This document shows positions 11,852-24,920 of a stretch of DNA of 64,000 bases, piece by piece. The notes beneath the pieces were generated by a model, which was not told the DNA's origin, searched no databases, and was given only the letters and a program-made list of their open reading frames with translations. The stretch's first letter is position 1, and each line of letters begins with the position of its first letter. Position numbers and translations under genes: made by a program. The stretch comes from Hypanus sabinus (lineage: Eukaryota): assembly GCF_030144855.1 (NCBI RefSeq), contig NC_082717.1, positions 5,270,001-5,334,000 on the forward strand. Reading direction: 5' to 3'.

Positions 11852-12204
11852 GTGTAAATGCAGGGACAGTCCTGATCCAATCACCAGGAGTTGTGAAGGT
11901 GGAATGATGCTGATACAGGGTGTCCCGGAGATGAGCAATATGAATATCATGGTGGCCAAATTGCATATACACTGGTACAACTGATGCAATAAACTAACAG
12001 ATAAAGGAATTGTCCTTAGTCTTTACAGTAATGGCCAAGTTTACAGATCACGGGGCTTCTCTGATCGATTTCAGCTTTCCAGGAATGTCACCACTAACAG
12101 CTACTCTCTGACCATCAGCAACGTGAGGATCACCGACTCTAAACTTTACATCTGTGGCATTTGGGGCTCGGTCTTTGGAAAGGGAACCCAGCTGAATGTG
12201 ACCA
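11852..12204 (+). pseudogene. Germline-joined immunoglobulin V-J exon (IgL type I/sigma-cart-like or non-rearranging VJ receptor), inactivated
   Basis: Acceptor TTTACTGCCCACAG; (G)VNAGTVLIQSPGVVKVE*, then frameshift to ...LHIHWYN*CNKLTDKGIVLSLYSNGQVYRSRGFSDRFQLSRNVTTNSYSLTISNVRITDSKLYICGIWGSVFGKGTQLNVT; phase-1 donor A|GTGAGT at 12205; no RSS between V and J. Confidence 0.9.
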
Positions 12205-12939
12205 GTGAGTACTTCATGTTGGTTCTGTTTTCCAGTCACGTCCCTGTATCAATGAGTAACAATGATACTGTACGTTCAGTTTCACAGAAACAGCTGTTAT
12301 TACAAGTTTATAAAGAGTGGAACAAACTGAATGTGGATAAAGATTCACTGCCTGCCGAGCTGAGGGGTACGTAGGGATGGAGAATAAATATCAGCATGGA
12401 CAGTGACATCAACATCCCATGAATGGAGATATCTAAAGAAATTACAGAATATTCAGGAACAGCCCAATAATCCACCATCTTCCCTTGGTTCCCCATCTGG
12501 TTCATGAGGTGATGTTTGACACCTTCCCCGTCCACTCACCCAGATCTCTGGTTCCTGAACTCCCTTTCAGTTTCCCCCACACCCTGACAATCTGACCAGA
12601 TTAATGACATTGAAACATTTTTTTCTGTTTATTTAAACATCTTTCTTTGAAATATGATTTAAAAGCAAGTTTGAGCATGAAGAGAGTAAAATGAGGGAGG
12701 TATGGAGGGCAGGTAGATGGGACGAGGCAGAAAACCAGAGCTAGATGGACCGAAGGGCCTGTTCCTGTGCTGTAGTGGTCAATGACTCTGTGACTCTGGA
12801 AGATCTGACACTTCGATTCCAGCAGATCCCTGAGTGTGCTGGATTACTGAGTTTGCACACTTTTGATTTCAACTGCTTTCTGCAACTTCAGATGAGTGTT
12901 TTAGTGTCTTTAACCAGTTAGGCAAATAGTCTCGGATCG

Positions 12940-13880
12940 GAATCATTTAGAGATTTCCTCTCCCCACAGATGGAGAGTTCCTCCAGCAGCTTCTCTTTTT
13001 TCAGAGTCACAGACCAGTACGGCATGAATACAGGCCTATCAGCCCATCCACTTCCTGCTGACAATGGGATCCACGCAGCTGGTCCCAATTTCCTGTGTTG
13101 GATCCATCTCCCTAGAAGCCCTGCCCCCTCCATCTACCCATCCAAATATTTCTTAAATGAAGCTACTGTACCTGTCTCTCCCACTTCCTCTGGCAGCTCA
13201 TTCCATATACATCGGGAGAGCGTCTTCACGCAGAGCAGTGAGAGAGTGAAACGAGCTTCCAGCGGAATTGGTGGATGCAAGTTTGATTCCAACATTTCAG
13301 AGAAATTTGGATGGGTATATGGATGGGAAGGGTATGCAGGAATATGTTCCAGGTCGATGGGACTAGGCAGATTCAGACTATACAGTTCAATACAGACAAG
13401 ATGGGCTAAATGGCCTATTTCTGTGCTGCAGTATTCAATCACTCTATGACTCACCACCATCTGTGTGAAACAGTTGTCCCACAGGTCCCTTTTAAATCTC
13501 ATCCCTCTCACCTAAACCTATCTGCCTTCATACTGGACCCATTACCTGGGAAAGGACAGTTACACCACACCCTATCTTTGCATCTCATAATTATAAACAC
13601 TTCTATCAGGTCACCCTCTCTTTCTCCAACATTCCAAGCAATAAAGACCTTGCTTGGTCGACGGCTGCCCAGAAATGTCTCTCAGGCGTGTATTTGGTGA
13701 CCGATATGTACCTAGATAAAAACTTACTTTGATAACTCAGGCCCTCGAGTCCCCACAACATCCTTGTAAATCTGCAATGTGCTCTCCCCAGTTTAACCTA
13801 TAACAGTGTGACCAAAACGACAGAGTACTCAAAGTGTGACCTCACCAATGACTTATACAACAACAACATTGTGTCTCAAC
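12940..13880. mobile_element. Nested CR1 3' fragments in both orientations
   Basis: RCIWNELPEEVGETGTVASFKKYLDG (minus) and plus-strand CR1 tails. Confidence 0.7.
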
Positions 13881-14050
13881 TTGCACACTCAAATATCAAA
13901 ATAAATTTATTATTGATGTATATGTCAGCATATACAATCCTGAGATTCCTTTTCTTGAAGACATTCACTGAAGAAACAAATACAATCGAATAGATGAAAA
14001 ACTGCACACAAACAAAAACAAAAAAACAGATAATAATAAATAAAAAAATG

Positions 14051-14903
14051 CAGTTGATTAACTATTAATTGGGCTATCAGATAATTGGGGTAGCTTCTTA
14101 TTTGGGACAACTCTTGAAGTACAAAATGCCTTTGAGAGAATAGCTGGGATTCCTTCCTTTTATTTGGGACAGTCTGCCACTTAATTGGGAGTCTGCCACT
14201 TAATTGGGCAGGAGGCTGTTGTTGAAGAGCTTCTAACTGGCATCAGTTGTGTGCACTTGTGTGACTGTTAGATACCACATAGTCCTTCTAGAGAATAGTT
14301 TTAAAATACCATCGGTTGTGTGTTCCTGTTCAAAAAGCAGTGATTTTTCTCACTGATAGTTGTCATGGAATAAACTGGAAGAAAATTTAGAGCTATTGCT
14401 CAGTGTGTTTTCAAGCCTCAAGTTTAGATATGCCAGAAATAGCTAGCAGTGAAAATGAAACAATTTCACTCCTTCAGCAAGACAACAACTCTGAAAACTG
14501 TGAAGGTATCGACAATCATCCTGACTGTTACAATGAATATGAAGATTTCATATGAATATGAAGATGCAATCATCAAAAGCAATGTATGAAGGCAGTTCTT
14601 TATCTACACCTGGTGTCTGTGCTGATTTTGTTCATTTAGTCAATCAAAAGAACATGGCAGCATCCTCCATTGATAACTATTAGTAACTAATACACAGTTT
14701 GATAGTACTGTAGTAGCATTGGTAGTGTTGTAATTTGTTCTCTATTTCATTTAAATCAATAATGTGTTACTTAGTTAAATGGTAGTTTGCCTTTTTTTAT
14801 ACCTTTTTACCTATTTCCATGAAACTTCCGCTAATTGGGGCAGCCACTTAATTGAGCCAAAGTGTGCTGATCCTAATGTGTTCAATTTAACTGGTATCCA
14901 CTG
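14051..14903. mobile_element. Degenerate Tc1/mariner (Tigger/pogo-like) MITE
   Basis: Imperfect TIRs CAGTTGATTAACTATTAATTGGG ... TTAACTGGTATCCACTG; subterminal GCCACTTAATTGGG repeats; no ORF. Confidence 0.5.
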
Positions 14904-14904
14904 T

Positions 14905-16070
14905 TAATAAGTAACACTGAGAACATGAGATGTATTGTAGTGTCCATGAAAGTGAGATCACAGTTTGTGGAATCAGTTCAGGGTTGAGGTGAGTGAGGTT
15001 ATCCACATTAGTTCAGTACTCTGATATTTGAGGGGTAATAACTGTTCTTGAACCTGGTGGTGTGGGAACCAGAGCTCCTGTACCTCCTTCCTGCTGGCAG
15101 CAGTGAGGAGAGAGCATGGCCTGGATGGTGGGCTTTCTTGATGATGAATGCTGCTTTCTTGTGGCAGTGCTTCTTGTCAATTTTCTCAATAGTGGGGAAG
15201 GCATATCCTGTGATGGACTGTGCTTAGCCTCAAAGTCAGAAGTACAAAGTGGGTAGAACAGGGGTCTAAGCACATAGCCTTGCGGTGCACCTGTACAGAT
15301 GGTGATATTGTTGCAATCCAAACTGACTGGGGTCTGTGAGTGACGCCACCACTGTTGCTGGCCGAATCAAAGGTGGCGATGAACCAGCATATGGGAGGGA
15401 GATTGATCATCTGGCTGAATGGTGCCACCACAACAACCTCTCACTTTATGTCAGCAAAACCAAAGAGCTGATTATTGACTGCAGAAGGAGGACCCTGGAG
15501 ACCCATGAGCCAGTCCTCATTAGGGGATCGGAGGTGGAGAAGGCATTGGCATTATCATTTCAGAGGATCTTCCCTGGGTTCAATATGTAAATGCCATCAC
15601 AAAGAAGGCACAGCAGTACCTCAACTTTCATAAATGTTTACTCAGATTTGACATGTCATCTGAAACTTGGACAAACTTCCATAGTTGCACAGTGACAATT
15701 ATATTGGCTAGTTGCCACCACCAGGTTTGGGAACACCATTACCCTTCAATGGAAAAGGCTACACAAGTAGTGTATTTGGCCAGTCCATCACTGGTAAAGT
15801 CCTCTCCACCACTAAGCACATCTACATGAAATGCTGTCACAGCAAAGCAGCATCCATATCAAGGGTCCCCACCATCCTCCATCCTGGCCATGCTCTCTTC
15901 TTTCAGAAGAAGGTACAGGAGCAACAGGATTTACACATAAGGTTCAGGAACAGTCATTACCCCTCAACCACCAGGCTCTTCAACCAAAGTGGCACCTTGC
16001 ACTTTCACTGAACTTTACCCACAACCTAAGTTTTTCTTTCTTGTTGTCCTGTATTAATTACTATATTCGA
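14905..16070. mobile_element. Two Rex/Babar 3' fragments, head-to-head (minus ~14905-15330, plus ~15335-16070)
   Basis: TGAPQGYVLRPLFY (minus); DATTVAGRIKGGDEPAYGREIDHLAEWCHHNNLSLYVSKTKELIID (plus). Confidence 0.75.
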
Positions 16071-16439
16071 ATATAGTCCAATGGCAGAGAGAGAGAGAGA
16101 GAGAGAGAGACCCTGAAGTGGGTCATTAGTTCACAGACTTTAATGTGAATACAGTTTAGAGTGCAAGGAAAGCAATAAATGCTAAGCTAAACAGGGCCAT
16201 TAACTGAAAGTTTCAAAAATGAAATGATGCCGACACTGTGGCTGAAAGTAATAAAAAAATATAAAAGGAATACCACAAATTCTCAGCATCATTTGACTTG
16301 ACAGTCCAACTTCTCAGGCAGGGCTGAATGCTGTGCTTTACTGAAGTCTTGACAAGTGCTACAATGAAAAGAATGGAGTTAAATACCAACAGAATGAAAT
16401 AAGAATTAGCCAACACTTGCATATTCATAAGTGCAATTG

Positions 16440-18050
16440 CTGAATCTGCTGTGTTGCCAAATCTGTGGTTGTGACTCTATTATTATCATATTTTTTTAAA
16501 AAATGTATTAACCTTCTGGTGTTGCATTGCCATAAAGAACCCTTCTGTTTCTGAGAAGAAGTCTTCAACTTTGAGCCAGGCATTTATCACTTATTGGTAA
16601 ACATCTTGTCTGTTCAGATCATAGAGATGTCTTCCATGGATGGTCACGTTCTTCCATTGGTTAACATGTTTTTCATATTGATAATGTCTACATTTTTCTC
16701 AGTTGTGCTCTCATTTAAGTTCAGTGGAGTATAGTTCTTATCGGAATTTCATATGGATTGCTGAATCCTGTTTTAGTTGATGAAAATACAGTTGCGTAGG
16801 TTTTTAATGTCTGTTATTCCTCTTCCTCCTTCTGTTCTAGGTAGTGTTAATCCAGGTGTATTTGAATGTACATAATGTTTTCTTAATTTTGTCATTTCAG
16901 ATCTTACTTTTTCTTTGTAAAGTTTCCAGATTGATTTCAGACCATTATTCCAAAAGAATACGTTAATATAGGTACAGTGGAAGTGTTCATTGCCATTCTT
17001 ATATTTTACTGTTAAGCTTTGTTTGGCAGATTTACTTAAGCCCTAAGTAAATTCTGTCAAATTTTTCCTTCATCACAGTATGATCTATTCTTTTTGCTTG
17101 TTGATATCTCAGATATGTCTCATATTTATCCAGCAGTTGTATTGTATCCAGCTGCTCTGTTTTGTATTCTTTAGCTGGAGCACCTTTCTTTATGTTTGAT
17201 GTTCTGCATTTGTCCAGTCCAAAGTTCATGCTTATATCTTTCAAGAATAGCTCTACTATTTACATTAACAGCCTTAGCTTAACTGATGAAGGAGTGTATA
17301 ATTTCAGATTGTCTGTGTATAGACTGTCTGTTAAAGTATAGCTCATTTTGTTGTTTCTGACTTGATATCTAATTTTTGTCCAATTAAGTAAATTAGAGAG
17401 TGGGTTTAAAGCTGGACAGAACCATAATGGACATGGAGAGTTGGTTTGACTTGATATAGAACTATGAAATCTATTATCAGTTGTTCTCCACTTCTTTCAT
17501 ATGATTATTATTATTAGTATTTTTCTCAGCTCCAGCTGGTAAACCTGAGATAGGAGCATAACCAAGCACACTCATTTGACAATTGCTTTTGGACAAATCT
17601 GGACAACTTTCGGACTATTCTAATGGTGTTTAGTATTGTGGCTTCCTGAAGATTTACATAGATATTACTGTGCAGCCTTAATTCTTTAATGCCATTGTGT
17701 AGTGCCTTTGGGATGATACCAATTGTAGATATACTTTCGGGACCTTGTTTATGTTCCAATATCTTTCAAATTCCTCTTTTAAAATAGCATATTTCTGGTG
17801 CTCTTTTCATTTATTTATCTCTGTAAGTTTTGTGTGCTTGAAATGGCTATATCAACAAAATAATTTGTTCCTGCTTGTTCATCATGTATTATTATATCTG
17901 GACAGTTATTATGGATTGTCCAATCTGTAATAACAGATCAGTCGTAATATAATTTGTGTTATGGTATTCTGACTCTACTGGATCAGGCTTGTACTTATAG
18001 TAAGCTATGATTTACTTTATGAGATAGTATTTTAAAGCAAGACTTTACAA
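16440..18050 (-). mobile_element. R4/Dong-like (restriction-like endonuclease) non-LTR retrotransposon, two segments in permuted order
   Basis: RT core PLWFCPALNPLSNLLN...YTDNLKLY...KDISMNFGLDKCR...SETEGFFMAMQ (17503 to 16440); C-terminal LALKYYL...YYKYKPDPV...GIIPKALH...NLQEATILNTIRIVRK plus (TAA)n tail (18050 to 17504). Confidence 0.75.
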
Positions 18051-18189
18051 TTTGTTGTCTTTTGCATGTTGGTTGCTTATCCGTTTTGTTGTGTGCAGTT
18101 TTTCATTGATTCCATAGTGTATCTCTGTATTTACTCTGAAAGCCCAGAAGAAAGTGAATCTCCAGGTTCTATATGGTGATGTATATGTA

Positions 18190-21100
18190 TTTTGTATCAC
18201 TTTTATTGCAACACCAACAAATTACATTCAATACAACCAGCTGCCGATTACATTTTGACTGTTTAACCCAGTCACCTCCCAACCCTCATCCCCATCCCCC
18301 TCTCCCCTCCACCAACCAACTGAATAGACAGAACATTACTATTTTAACAGAAGATCTTTTAAGTTAGATACTAAATTTGTCCATATTAAGATGGTGTTTG
18401 GTCATATATCATTTACTCCTGCTGATGATAATTCCAGGTAAATGTCCAAAAAGCTCTGAAGCCAGTGAGTACGTGAAATATCATGAGGTTTCCAACGCTG
18501 GACTACAATCTTCTTAGCTGCAGTGAGGCCTGCCAGCCAGATTTTGCATACTTTTTCCATAAAGGAAAGATGAGAGTCATCATTTAGAAGATGTACAGTG
18601 GGGTCCATTGGACCCCCGTTAGTTCTGTAAGAATACCTTCCCCCACAAACCAAAAACCTCTGGACATTCCCATACAATTCGTATAAAAGAGCCAACTGTT
18701 CCGTACGGCCAAAATGAGCAATATGCGTCAGGAAGCAGTCCCACTTGATGTCTAATTCTCGGTGTTAGATATGCTCTATGACAAAATTTCAAGTGTATAT
18801 ACCATTGATTTGGGTTTTGGCAGCATGATCGCAAATTGCATCCCAGTCTATGTCTTGTCCCAATTCAGATATGTCGCTATCGCATCTTTCATTTCTGATG
18901 TGGGCATATACTTCTGGGAGTTTAATTTATCATAGATGTATGACAATATCTGTGTTGGAGCACTCTGTATCCAACTTAAAATGGGATGGTCCTTTAAGTC
19001 TGACCCCCAGAGAACCACATAGGCTTTACAAGCTGATGTTATTCTAAAGTAGAAGAAAAGAGAGTGTTTATCATTATTATATCAAGATACCAGTTCTTGA
19101 AAGCTAAGGATAGTGCTTGCCCCATTAATATCTTGAAGAGTAATATCATCTTTATCCTCCCAAGTTCTGTTAGTGAATGGTTCCCCCCAGATAGAAAATG
19201 ATCATTATTCCATAAAGAAGATAATTTGCACCATAAGCTTTTAAATTTTAGGAATTTTTCTGCTGCTCTAAACACTTGTAGCATATGGGTTAAAATTGGA
19301 CCATAATACAAATCACATTTTTGGCAGACATACCTATAAGGAGAAAGTCCTTCAATCTTATTGGTGCTATTAGCTCTTGTTCTATATTTTTCCACATCAA
19401 AACTTTATCCTCCTCCACCCAATAGCTAAGACTTTTTAATACAAATGCCCAGTAATACCGTTTAAAATTTGGACATGCCAATCCCCCATCCGAGTTTTTG
19501 AATTGTAGAGCAGATTACTTCATATTGGGTCATTTACCATTCCAAACATAGCATTGTAGTAAGGCGTCAATTTTTTGTGTAATATCCTGCTGGAGGCACA
19601 AGTGGGATCATTGAGCTGATAAAATTAATGCGGGGTAAGATCTTCATTTTAATGACCGATATACGGGCTAGGACTGATGCTGGCGGGTGTCTCCATCTAT
19701 TAATATCTTCTATTGTTTTCAAAATTAAAGATTAATTTGTTTTAGCCACTGATGATAGGAAAGTATTAACTTTAATACCCAAGTAGAGGACCTCTTTTGT
19801 AACCTTAATCTGGGGAGGGAGAGACACCTTACTTTTATCTGTATTAATCAGCATCAGTGCTGATTTTGACAAATTAACTTTATATCCTGAAAGAAATCCA
19901 AATGGCTGCAGTGTTTTTAAAACATAGGGAAGAGTTTGTTGAACATTTGCCATATAAACTCGTGTGTCATCCGCATAAAGTGATATCGAGTGTGTTGTAC
20001 CTGTTGTAATAGGGGAGATCTGAGGAGAGTTTCTAATTAAATGTGCAAGCGGTTCAATAGATACAGTAAAAATTAAAGGAGACAAAGGGTCCCCTTGTCG
20101 TGTTGCCCATCCTATGTCAAATAACTCTGAGAAACCTCCTCCCACACACACCCGGGCTGAGGGATTAGCATACAATGTTTGAATCATATTGATAAATTTA
20201 TCGCCAAACTTAAATTCTTTTAGAAGTCTCCAAAGATATGGCCATCTAGGGGATCGAACACTTTTTCAGCACCTAGAAACAGCAAGCCACAGGCAGGCGG
20301 GATTTTATGTGTTGCACTCAGTATGTGTAAGAGCTGGCGAATATTATCAGATGCGAGATGTCCCCTTGATAAATCCTGTTTGATCTGGGCTAATTATTTT
20401 CCCAACTACTGTCTCAAGACTACTGGCTAAGACTTTGGAAAATATCTTCAAGTTGGCATTTATCAAGGAAATTGGACAGTAATGGGCACACTTCAAGGGG
20501 ACCTTACCGGGCTTAGGTATAACTGTGATCAGAGCTGTGTTTAGATCTCTATGGAAAGCACCATTTCCAATAGCATATTTGAACATTTCTAACCATCCTG
20601 GTCCAAGAATATCTCAAAGTGCTAGGTAAAGCTCCATAGGTATGCTGTCTACCTGATGTACGGCCCTTATTTGTAGCTTTGACTGCTTTAAGTAGATCAT
20701 CCAGTGTAATAGGAGAGTCTAGAGTTTTGGTATCCTCTAATGACAATGTAGGGAGGTCTAATCCACTAAAAAAATCTGTGAAGTCATTCTCAGAAGGAGC
20801 TGAGGCACTCGTATACAGTTCCTTAAAGTAATTCTTGAATGTCTGGTTTATTTCCTCTGTTGAAGATACTGCTCCACGTTTAGTACATCTAATCGCTGCT
20901 ATAGACCTTTTACCTTCCTGCTGTTTGAGTGTTAGTGCCGAAAGATGGCTCGGTCCGCTGCTTTCTGCATAATTCTGATGTTTGGTTCTATGGGTCATAT
21001 GGATATTGTCATTTAAAAAAAATGGATAGGTATATGGACAGGAAAGGAATGGAGGTGATGGGCTGAGTGCAGGTCAGTGGGACTAGGTGAGAGTAAGCGT

Positions 21101-22880
21101 TCGGCACGGAATAGAAGGGCCGAGATGGCCTGTTTCCACGCTGTAATTGTTATATGGTTATATATTCTGCCCTGCTTCTTAATAAATCATTTAATTCTGC
21201 TTGTATGTTTTGAGCTCGTTTTCTTTCATTATGGTGTATCTCCTTTTGAGATCATTCTCCAAAACCTTACATTGTTCTTCTAGGATGGAAATCTTTTGAA
21301 GCCAGTTTTTATGTAGGCTGGAACTGAGCCCTATGGTGTTATTTCGTAATGTACCATGTCCTGTGTATGTTACTCAAATTGGGTTTTTTTGGTTTGTTAA
21401 GAGTAGGAATGCTTCTTTGTCTGATAAGTGTTTCTCTCGCAGTTGTTTTGCTTTATACTTGTTGATATGGTAATTGTATTCATTTGTTAACCAATGGGGA
21501 ATGTTATTTTGTCTTGTGAGGCTGGGAACTTGGGGGAGGGGTTTTTCGCGGGCTTTTGGTGGAGAGCCGGGAGGAAGACGTCGAGGAAGGTGGATGTGCG
21601 CTGCACTGCTCGGAAAACCACCGGGCCTGGTCCTAGGTGCGAAGACGTGGAGGTCGGAGGCAAGCGACGAGGGGTCGGATGGTTGATGGTTGAGCTCCAA
21701 CGATGTGCACTAAACTGACTGAACTTTGATAAGTTGGCGCCTTTTTTTTTCCCTTGCATATATATTGTATTGCCTAATACTCTGTTAATTTTAGTAAACT
21801 CTTTAAAGTGTGTTTCATAATGGTATTTGTTGTGGGTTTGATACTGTGGGCGGGTGCGAGGCATAAATTCGATTCTCACAGCACCTGCGTGTACAGGAGG
21901 TGGGGTTGGTGAGTGGCTGGATCTCCTTTTCCCCTCGACATATACCAGCCTGTTGGGCAAGTGTTACAGTAAGGAACCCTTGATGGAGGCCCAAATCAGT
22001 ATCATATCCAAAACACTATTTTAATATAAATTTATAAATTCCGTCAGTTTTGTTCTCAGTTGTGTTAGAAAATTGTCGGTTTTTAGAAGGGTGGAGTTAA
22101 ACCTCCACCTAGTGGAGGTTTTTTAATTCTGTCATAACTAAATGTAGATATGACTGGCTTGTGATCAGTTAGATGTCTGGGCAAAAATTCTATTGAGTGT
22201 ACCAAAGGCAGCAAACTGGAGGATATAAGAATGTAATCTATCCGAGAGAAAGTTTTGTCTTGTGGAGAAGAAGGTATAGTCTTCAGCAGATGGATTATGA
22301 ATCCTCCACACATCAGTTAAATTTAAATCCATTAGAAAAGGTTAAGTGCTTTGGAAGCAGATTCTTGAGAGCTTGATATATTTGAGGAAGATGTGTCAAG
22401 GTTATTGTTTACCAAAGCATTCATGTTTTAACCAACATATAGTTGGTAGTCACTTAACTTCAGTAATTGTGAGGTAAATGAAGGAAAAAATTCGGCCTTG
22501 AATATAGTTGGGGCATATAGGCTAACGAATGCAACTCTTTTACCCTGAATGGGTGTACAGCAAAAAACTAGACATACTTTATTGTCGGAGCCAATCCTTT
22601 CAATTGATACATTAATATTATGTCTCAATAATATCATAACTCCTTTCGTACGCGTACCATCAACTGATGCCACAACGGGTTTATAAAAACGGCTTCGAAC
22701 CCTGGGAACGTCATTAGGTTTAAAAAGTGCTTCCTGTAACAGCACGATTACCTTTCTGTGTAAGAAATCCAAAACCTTCGAACACTTGTAGGGAGAGATT
22801 AATCCTCTAACATTAAATGATACAATAGCAAGATTCTCTAATTTACCTGTATTGCTCATCTTCCCCGGACCCATTGTTGT
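18190..22880 (-). mobile_element. L1-clade LINE ORF2 (APE endonuclease + RT), decayed, with nested insertions at ~21000-21990
   Basis: NLAIVSFNVRGLISPYK...VLLQE; FSRIDYILIS; YCPISLINANLKIFSKVLA...DQTGFIKG; TRQGDPLSPLIF...SLYADDT; MACPNFKRYYWA; AATAAA near 18196. Confidence 0.9.
21015..21165 (+). mobile_element. Short CR1 3' end inserted in the L1
   Basis: GGATAGGTATATGGACAGGAAAGGAATGGAGG...GAAGGGCCGAGATGGCCTGTTTCCACGCTGTAATTGTTATATGGTTATAT. Confidence 0.8.
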
Positions 22881-23061
22881 AAGTTGGTGTGGAGCCCTGA
22901 GTTACCCCCTTCTGACCGCTCTTCACATCACCTCTCGCATTCAACCCTTTATTTTGTAACATCTGTGAGAGTCACTCAGCGATGTTAGACACTGAACATT
23001 AACCGCCCCCCTCCAGCACCAACACTTTAGAAAGGCAAAGCGGTTCTCATAGACAACCATA

Positions 23062-24450
23062 TCAAGGAGACAAGAAAAAATACCTTGGCAGTCTGCTGCA
23101 GCCAGTTCTTGTTGCACGCCTCGGCCCCTCCGAACCAGATCCCCAACACCTTCGGGTGATCAGACCTGATGGTAATGGGACGCTGGATCGGTCGGGCCAG
23201 TTGCCGAAGAGCATGGCTTCGCTCTTCGTGTGGTTGACCCTGGCCCCCGATGCCTGCTTGAACTGTTCGCAGATGCTGATCTGCCTGTGAACTGACCTCG
23301 GATCGGAGCAGAAGACGGTGACGTTGTCCATGTACAGGGAGGTTTTGACTTGGGTCCCTCCACTGCCTGGCAGCGTCACCCCTCTAATGCCCCCTTCCCT
23401 CCTGATGGCTTCGGCAAAGGGTTCTATGCAGCACACGGACAAGACTGGGGAGAGAGGGCAGCCCTGCCTGACTCCAGACCTGATGGGGAAGCTGTCTGTT
23501 TCCCACCCGTTGACCTGGACTGCGCTACAGATGTCCATGTAGAGCAGTTTGATCCAATTCCGGATTCCCTCCCCAAATCCCATTTTGGAGAGTACATCCG
23601 CCATGTACGTGTGCGATATCCTGTCGAAGGCTTTCTCCTGGTCCAAGCTGACCAGGCAGGCGTCCATCCCGCCGTCCTGCAGGTAGGCGACGGTGTCCCT
23701 CAGCAGCGCGGGGCTGTCTGAGATCTTCCTGCCCGGTACAGCACAGGTTTGGTCCGGGTGGATCACCTGCTCCAGTGCAGACTCGACTATGTCGGCGACG
23801 GGACCTTGTAGTCCACATTCAGGAGTGAGATGGGCCTCCAATTTCTAATGTCTTCCCTCTCCCCCTTCTGCTTGTGGATGAGGGTGATGATGCCCTTCCT
23901 CATGGATTCTGACATGCTGCCCGCCAGGAGCGTAGCGTTGTCCACTTCCAGCAGGTCGGGGCCCATCCGGTTCCACAGAGCCGAATACAACCCGACCGGT
24001 AAGCCGTCGCTTCCGGGAGTCTTACCCGACTCAAAGGAACAGATGGAGCCAGTCAGCTCGTCCAGGGTCAGTCAGCTCGTCCAGGGTCAGTCAGCTCGTC
24101 CAGGGTCAGTCAGCTCGTCCAGGGTCAGCAGCTCGTCCAGGGTCAGTCAGCTCGTCCAGGGTCAGTGGCTGCTCCAGACTCTCCCTCTTGCCGTCGTCTA
24201 AGACCTGCGTGATAGACGACAGGAAGTTGCGGGAGGCTGTGGAGTCTGTGGTCTTTTCTCTGTACAGACCGGCATAGAAGGACCTGCAGATCCTCAGTAT
24301 GTCTGTCTGCGAGGACACGACTGTCCTCTTCCTTAGGGTTGTGGATCACAGAGATCACCCTGGGCACCTTCTGGACGAAAAATCGTGAGCACGTCTCATC
24401 CTGCTCCATGGTTCGGACCCTTGATCGGAAGATGATCTTGGAGGATTTGG
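23062..24450 (-). mobile_element. Tx1-clade LINE RT fragment (GC-rich)
   Basis: ICRSFYAGLY...; NWRPISLLNVDYK; IHPDQTCAVPGRKI...LDQEKAFDRISH...GVRQGCPLSP...LYMDNV. Confidence 0.9.
24050..24162. repeat. 19-bp tandem repeat x6 (CAGTCAGCTCGTCCAGGGT) inside Tx1 RT
   Basis: Five perfect units and one with a 1-bp deletion, no spacers. Confidence 0.95.
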
Positions 24451-24539
24451 CAGCAAAGTGCTGGGCACAAAACAGATGAGGCACCATGACCCAGAGAGTA
24501 AACCCAACCAGGCTCATTCAGACGGGGAGGTGACCATCA

Positions 24540-24920
24540 CACACACCGGTTACAGTTAGAGTGACCCTCAAATACACAAGCAAATAACTATATAGTCCAA
24601 GCTAAAATGTAACAATAAACAAACTAGAACTTCCCACCATAATCCCAAAAAAAGCATTTTAACACAGGAACAATAAACAGTGCTGGTCATTATAAATGCA
24701 GGGGTGTACTGTCTATGAGTCCATAGCAAGGTCCAAAAGTCCAAAAGTCCCTCTGGGCATTGACACTGCCACCTGATTGTGTGAGGCAAGAGGCAGGGCA
24801 CCCGAAGTGTCACTTCCTTCCTTCAGCCTCGCTGGGTTAGTGGTGGACAAGGGCTGATACGGTGCCAGCCGGTCCCAGTGCAGTATGACTGCCTTCCGCC
24901 GGTCAGGCAACCGCATGAAA
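24540..24920 (-). mobile_element. Gypsy integrase C-terminal fragment and adjacent LTR-like sequence
   Basis: MRLPDRRKAVILHWDRLAPYQP (Gypsy IN tail motif). Confidence 0.55.

Noticed and set aside
23062-23841. 259-aa ORF as a host gene
   Set aside because: It is Tx1 reverse transcriptase (DQEKAFD, QGCPLSP, YMDN) with broken flanks.
24050-24162. CRISPR-like array
   Set aside because: No spacers; a simple tandem expansion in a eukaryotic LINE.
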